From Zygnema circumcarinatum SAG 698-1b (taxonomy: Eukaryota > Plantae > Zygnematophyceae), in assembly GCA_037447605.1 (NCBI GenBank), contig CM074814.1, positions 1,550,001 to 1,614,000 of the forward strand: a stretch of 64,000 nt of DNA. Direction: 5' to 3'. Shown piece after piece: positions 60,230-64,000 of the stretch. How positions within the stretch are numbered: position 1 is the first letter of the stretch; the number at the start of each line of letters is the position of its first letter. The notes under the pieces were generated by a model, which saw nothing but the letters and a program-made list of their open reading frames with translations, was not told where the DNA came from and did not search any database. The position numbers and the translations under genes were made by a program.

Positions 60230-63030
60230 CTAGTCCTTGTGCAGCCATGTCATGGCGAGCATGCTGTTGGCCAGGCCCTGCTCGTCCATGCTTGCCTCCC
60301 CCGCCAGGTCGAGGGGCGCCGCTCCCGGGATGCTCTGAGCCAGCCGGAAGGGCCTCCCAGCAGCCGCCTCAGGCACTTGCTGGCAGCAGAAGGACCGCAG
60401 ATACTGCAGAGGAACGCCACGGACACACACTCAGATGGAGTGAGAAAGAGAGGTGGGGGGGGGGGGAGAGGGGAGAGAGGGAGGGAGGGAGGGAGAACGG
60501 AATGCTTCATGTGGACACAGACTGTAACCATTAGCACCTTGATGGGATCTGAGCGAAGAAAAAGGCGTTGTCCTCGAACTCCGTTGGGAAAGCGAACTGC
60601 CACTCTGCAAGTGGCTGCGCTTGGCTGCGGTTCTTGGGGGAGGGGGGGCGCCGCCTGGGCCTCCTTTTCAGGGCCGCTAGAGGCCGAGGTCTCGGGACGG
60701 CTTAGGGCTGAGCTGGCAGAAGAAGAAGGGGCCTCTAACGAAGCAGCGATGGCTGCTCGCAGTTCGGCCTCTTCCCCTCCATTACCACTAACAGCTGCAC
60801 CCACTCACGTAGGGTTGACTGAGCAGCTTGTTGGATGGAAGGTTAAGCTGTTTCACGGAGGGAAAGCGGGAAAATAAAACTGGGTCACGCAAAAAGGACA
60901 AACGAAACATACCTGTTGGTGCTTCGCTGTTCCTTGCAGTTGAATCTCGCAGTCGTTTGGGACCCTTCTGGTCTAACGGCCCACGGTCCATAAACGGAAC
61001 AACATCCTGCATCACCACCCCCTGTGTCTCTGTTCAGAATCCTGCAGTTGCTGCCCTTTAAAATGGCCCATTCTCTGAATAGCCGCGTTTCTGGAAATGG
61101 TCAATACTGTGCTCCATAACTTCGTCCCTCTGATTGCCCGGCGATACTTTCGGTCGTACGAATTGTACAAATAAGCGTTTAGATGAAGGGATTGCCAAAT
61201 CTTGCAAACTGTCAATGTGAATCTGTTCATCCACTGACACCGTTCGTTTGGTCAACCTACACAATTCCGCCCTCTTGAACACTTGTTCGTGTGACGCATG
61301 TGTTTCATTCTCATGCAAATTCAGCGCATGTGTCACACGTGTATGACACACGTGCGGCGCATGCTCTCCCTCCCTAACTCGATGCCCCCTGTAGATGGCC
61401 TCCTCCCCAATATCCCCGTGGATGGGGCCACCTAGAGAGGTCAATACAATCTTGAACATAATTATCTTTTATTTCAAGATTTTTTCCATCACTAACATAG
61501 GAGTTGCCTTTCTTGACCTCCTTCTATGCCAGAAGAACCCACCTACGGTTCGGCAGAGTACACCCCGTGTTTCTCAAACAGCTACCGCTTATTGAGCTCA
61601 ATCAAAGAGCCCAAAGTTGAGTTGCATGCACCCACCTCCAGCAGCCGCGCAGCCCCTATCATGCCCTCCCATGCTCTCAGTTTCTGTCCTGTTTGCGGAT
61701 CGAGCACCATTGTGACAGGCATGTTGCTCAGCTTGTAGTACGTGCACACCTTGGCGCCTTCTTCTGTGTTGTCATAAATCTGTTCAATCAGTCGCCCAAG
61801 GAACATGCAAAGGAAGGCATCGTTCAACCCGCTTTTGCTTTACTGCTGTGGACTAGCATTGAACGCGTGTAAGCAAAAGATAAAGGTCAATGTCGTCAGA
61901 ACTGTGTGATGGTTTCTAGATACGGAATAAGGAGAGAGCCGTGCAAACTGTGAGGGGCATTAGGCACGAATTCCATAGAAACCGTGGTAGTCTTGAGCTT
62001 CCTTGCAGAGCCCTTCGCAGGAAATGGAGAATGAGCAAGGAAGGATTCATGATGCATTGAAAGAAAGGAGTCGGAGGGCACCTGCCAAAAAATGAAATAG
62101 CTTCCAACAGTTTCCTTGACGGCTTCGTGCGCCCACGTGTCTCTGTTCATCTGCACGCAACAGTCCGAGAAAAAATATGAGAAAATATGAACATGAGATC
62201 CAAATTGAGGCACAAAAATCCATTGGAAGGTGCGCTTTACAGATTTTTTCCTTCAGAGTCAAACTACTTTTGGAAACGCATTTTCAGTTGTGCAGCTCGC
62301 ACCGTGTGACTCGCAAACTCGTTATTTGACTGCACGTTCACAAGAAGCCACTTGTTTTGCTTTGTGCCCTCCGACTTCGCCTGCAAAACAAGCAAATTTT
62401 CACAAGGTTAAACAAATTCAAAAAAGTTAAGTTGAAAGAGACCATCGAAAGTAGGTCCTTCGTTCGATCAAGAACAAACAAGCAATGGGCTCAAATTCAG
62501 AGATGGGTCTTTAGGGTTTTTAGGGTTTCCGTGCGCGAAAGCCATACCTCACCTGCTCTATGCTGCCCTGAAACATAATCTCAAAGGGAGGTCGAAACAG
62601 TGCTGCCAACGCATCTTTCGGCCCCTCCTCACTCTCTGCTGCACTCTCTCCGCTGCGCTGCCTCGTCCTCTCCTCCGCCTCTTCTCGAAAGTTCCGAAAA
62701 GCGTCAATTACTGTTCTCTGCGGCTCTGCTTGAGCCATCTGGTGAGCTCTGCAGAAGCAGCAGTGGCAGCTAAATTTCTCAATGACCAGCCTCTCCACAC
62801 TACACAGCCTCTCCACAGGGCTTTTGTTCGGGGGAAACCGCAAAGGAAAGGGAAGTACACTTCAGAAGATGGGGCAAGATGAGGCGAAAGAAAACAAGGG
62901 GGGACGGATGGGTTTGAGTATATGGAAAACGAGGCTAAGTATGAAGAATACGGAGAGGACATGTACCTGTAAAGGGGCGTGTCATCGTAAAGAGCTTCTC
63001 TTTTCACGGGTAGGGGTGGCCGCACATAGT
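60230..63030 (-). CDS. PUX7: Plant UBX-domain protein, PUX7/UBXN7-like (UAS + UIM + UBX); N-terminus probably beyond 63030
   Basis: DYVRPPLPVKREALYDD, LAALFRPPFEIMFQGS, MNRDTWAHEAVKETV...FIFWQ, VCTYYKL...VLDPQTGQK, EEAELRAAIAASLE (UIM), CRVAVRFPNGVRGQRLF and GLANSMLAMTW. Confidence 0.88.
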
Positions 63031-64000
63031 CAAACACACTGCACATGAAAATTCGTCAGCTCTGATTTCGTCATACGGAACAAACAGCGATGGCAAATGT
63101 CACACAACCAAAGGTCTATGGAGGCGACAGCTAAGCACATTAGAGAAGCGTGAGCAATGTGCAGTTGCATGAAACACAGACTCTTACTTCTTATACATGT
63201 TCCACCAACTTATGCAAAACACGGAATGTGCTCAAAAGCATATTCGGCGGCTTCGCAAGAAAGGGGCCTCACTGATTCTGAAAATCAAAACATTTCTGTC
63301 GTATACAAACTTCCTCCTTGACATGGTCGTCTCTGAGGTCGACTTGAACCGTATACGCACCTAACATAAACACTGTTCCTACTACCACAACTTCTAAATT
63401 GGGGCTATCTGAAGGGACATGTTTGACAGAAATAGGTACTTTGTGGGCACATAGATGTGAGAGAGGTTATAAACCCACATACAAACTGAACAGGGCATAC
63501 TGGTACTTCTTCAGCTGCTGAAAAAATCTTCTGGTCAAATAGGAAAATGCTAAAAAGATCTAACTCCCAACAGCATCCGTTGGATTTCCAAAAACACTTG
63601 AAAAATGCCAGCCCAAATCTAGAACCATATAACTCGTGAACTCATGGACTTGAAATCAAAACATGCACGCATATCATTGCACGTAAACTTGCGGTCTCCT
63701 TGGTGAACAGAATAGGCTTGCATCACAGGAGGAAACATGGCACGCAAAGTAGACCACCAAAACCAGACAATCGCAAGCAACTTTTGATGTCACAAAGTCT
63801 CCATCATGCCGCTTTCAATTTGATTCCTTGTCCAACATTCAACAATCTCGAAGCCACAACATCCGACATATGAAACAAAACGTACACCTTCCTATGTAAC
63901 CATAAACGTATTAACAGCATTAGTTTTCAAGAAAAATGGCTATTGGTCACCAGAATCCTTCCATTGACGCAAAGGAGGATAAGAGTACTTCCTAGGTTTA

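Overview
Eukaryotic nuclear DNA from a green (streptophyte) alga, most likely a zygnematophyte. The basis is intron-rich plant-type genes, GA/CT-rich introns, and an embedded plastid fragment that retains rpl5, which land-plant plastomes lack. Genes in order: DUF676 lipase-like hydrolase (partial, -); tRNA-Ala(AGC); orphan secreted 6-Cys protein; GTD/zein-binding (MyoB/FLOURY1-like) protein; prolyl 4-hydroxylase; a P-class PPR gene head-to-head with an MRL1-like PPR gene; a head-to-head pair of intron-containing HdeD/DUF308-like membrane protein paralogs; a NEK (NIMA-related) kinase; a peroxisomal small HSP; a tandem pair of five-bladed beta-propeller glycoside-hydrolase-like genes; and a PUX7-like UBX gene (partial). 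One NEK intron contains about 7 kb of tandemly repeated plastid rpl16-rpl14-rpl5-rps8 DNA, broken by 10-N gaps and bounded by a 61-bp direct repeat. This is probably a short NUPT that captured plastid contigs during assembly. The best leads for new biology are the bacterial-type HdeD pair with an ABRE-rich shared promoter, a duplicated snoRNA-like element with conserved ends, the orphan secreted protein, and an in-frame stop in the apparent MRL1 transit peptide. Exon coordinates were derived by hand from splice consensus and reading-frame continuity, and family assignments are from motif recognition without database searches.
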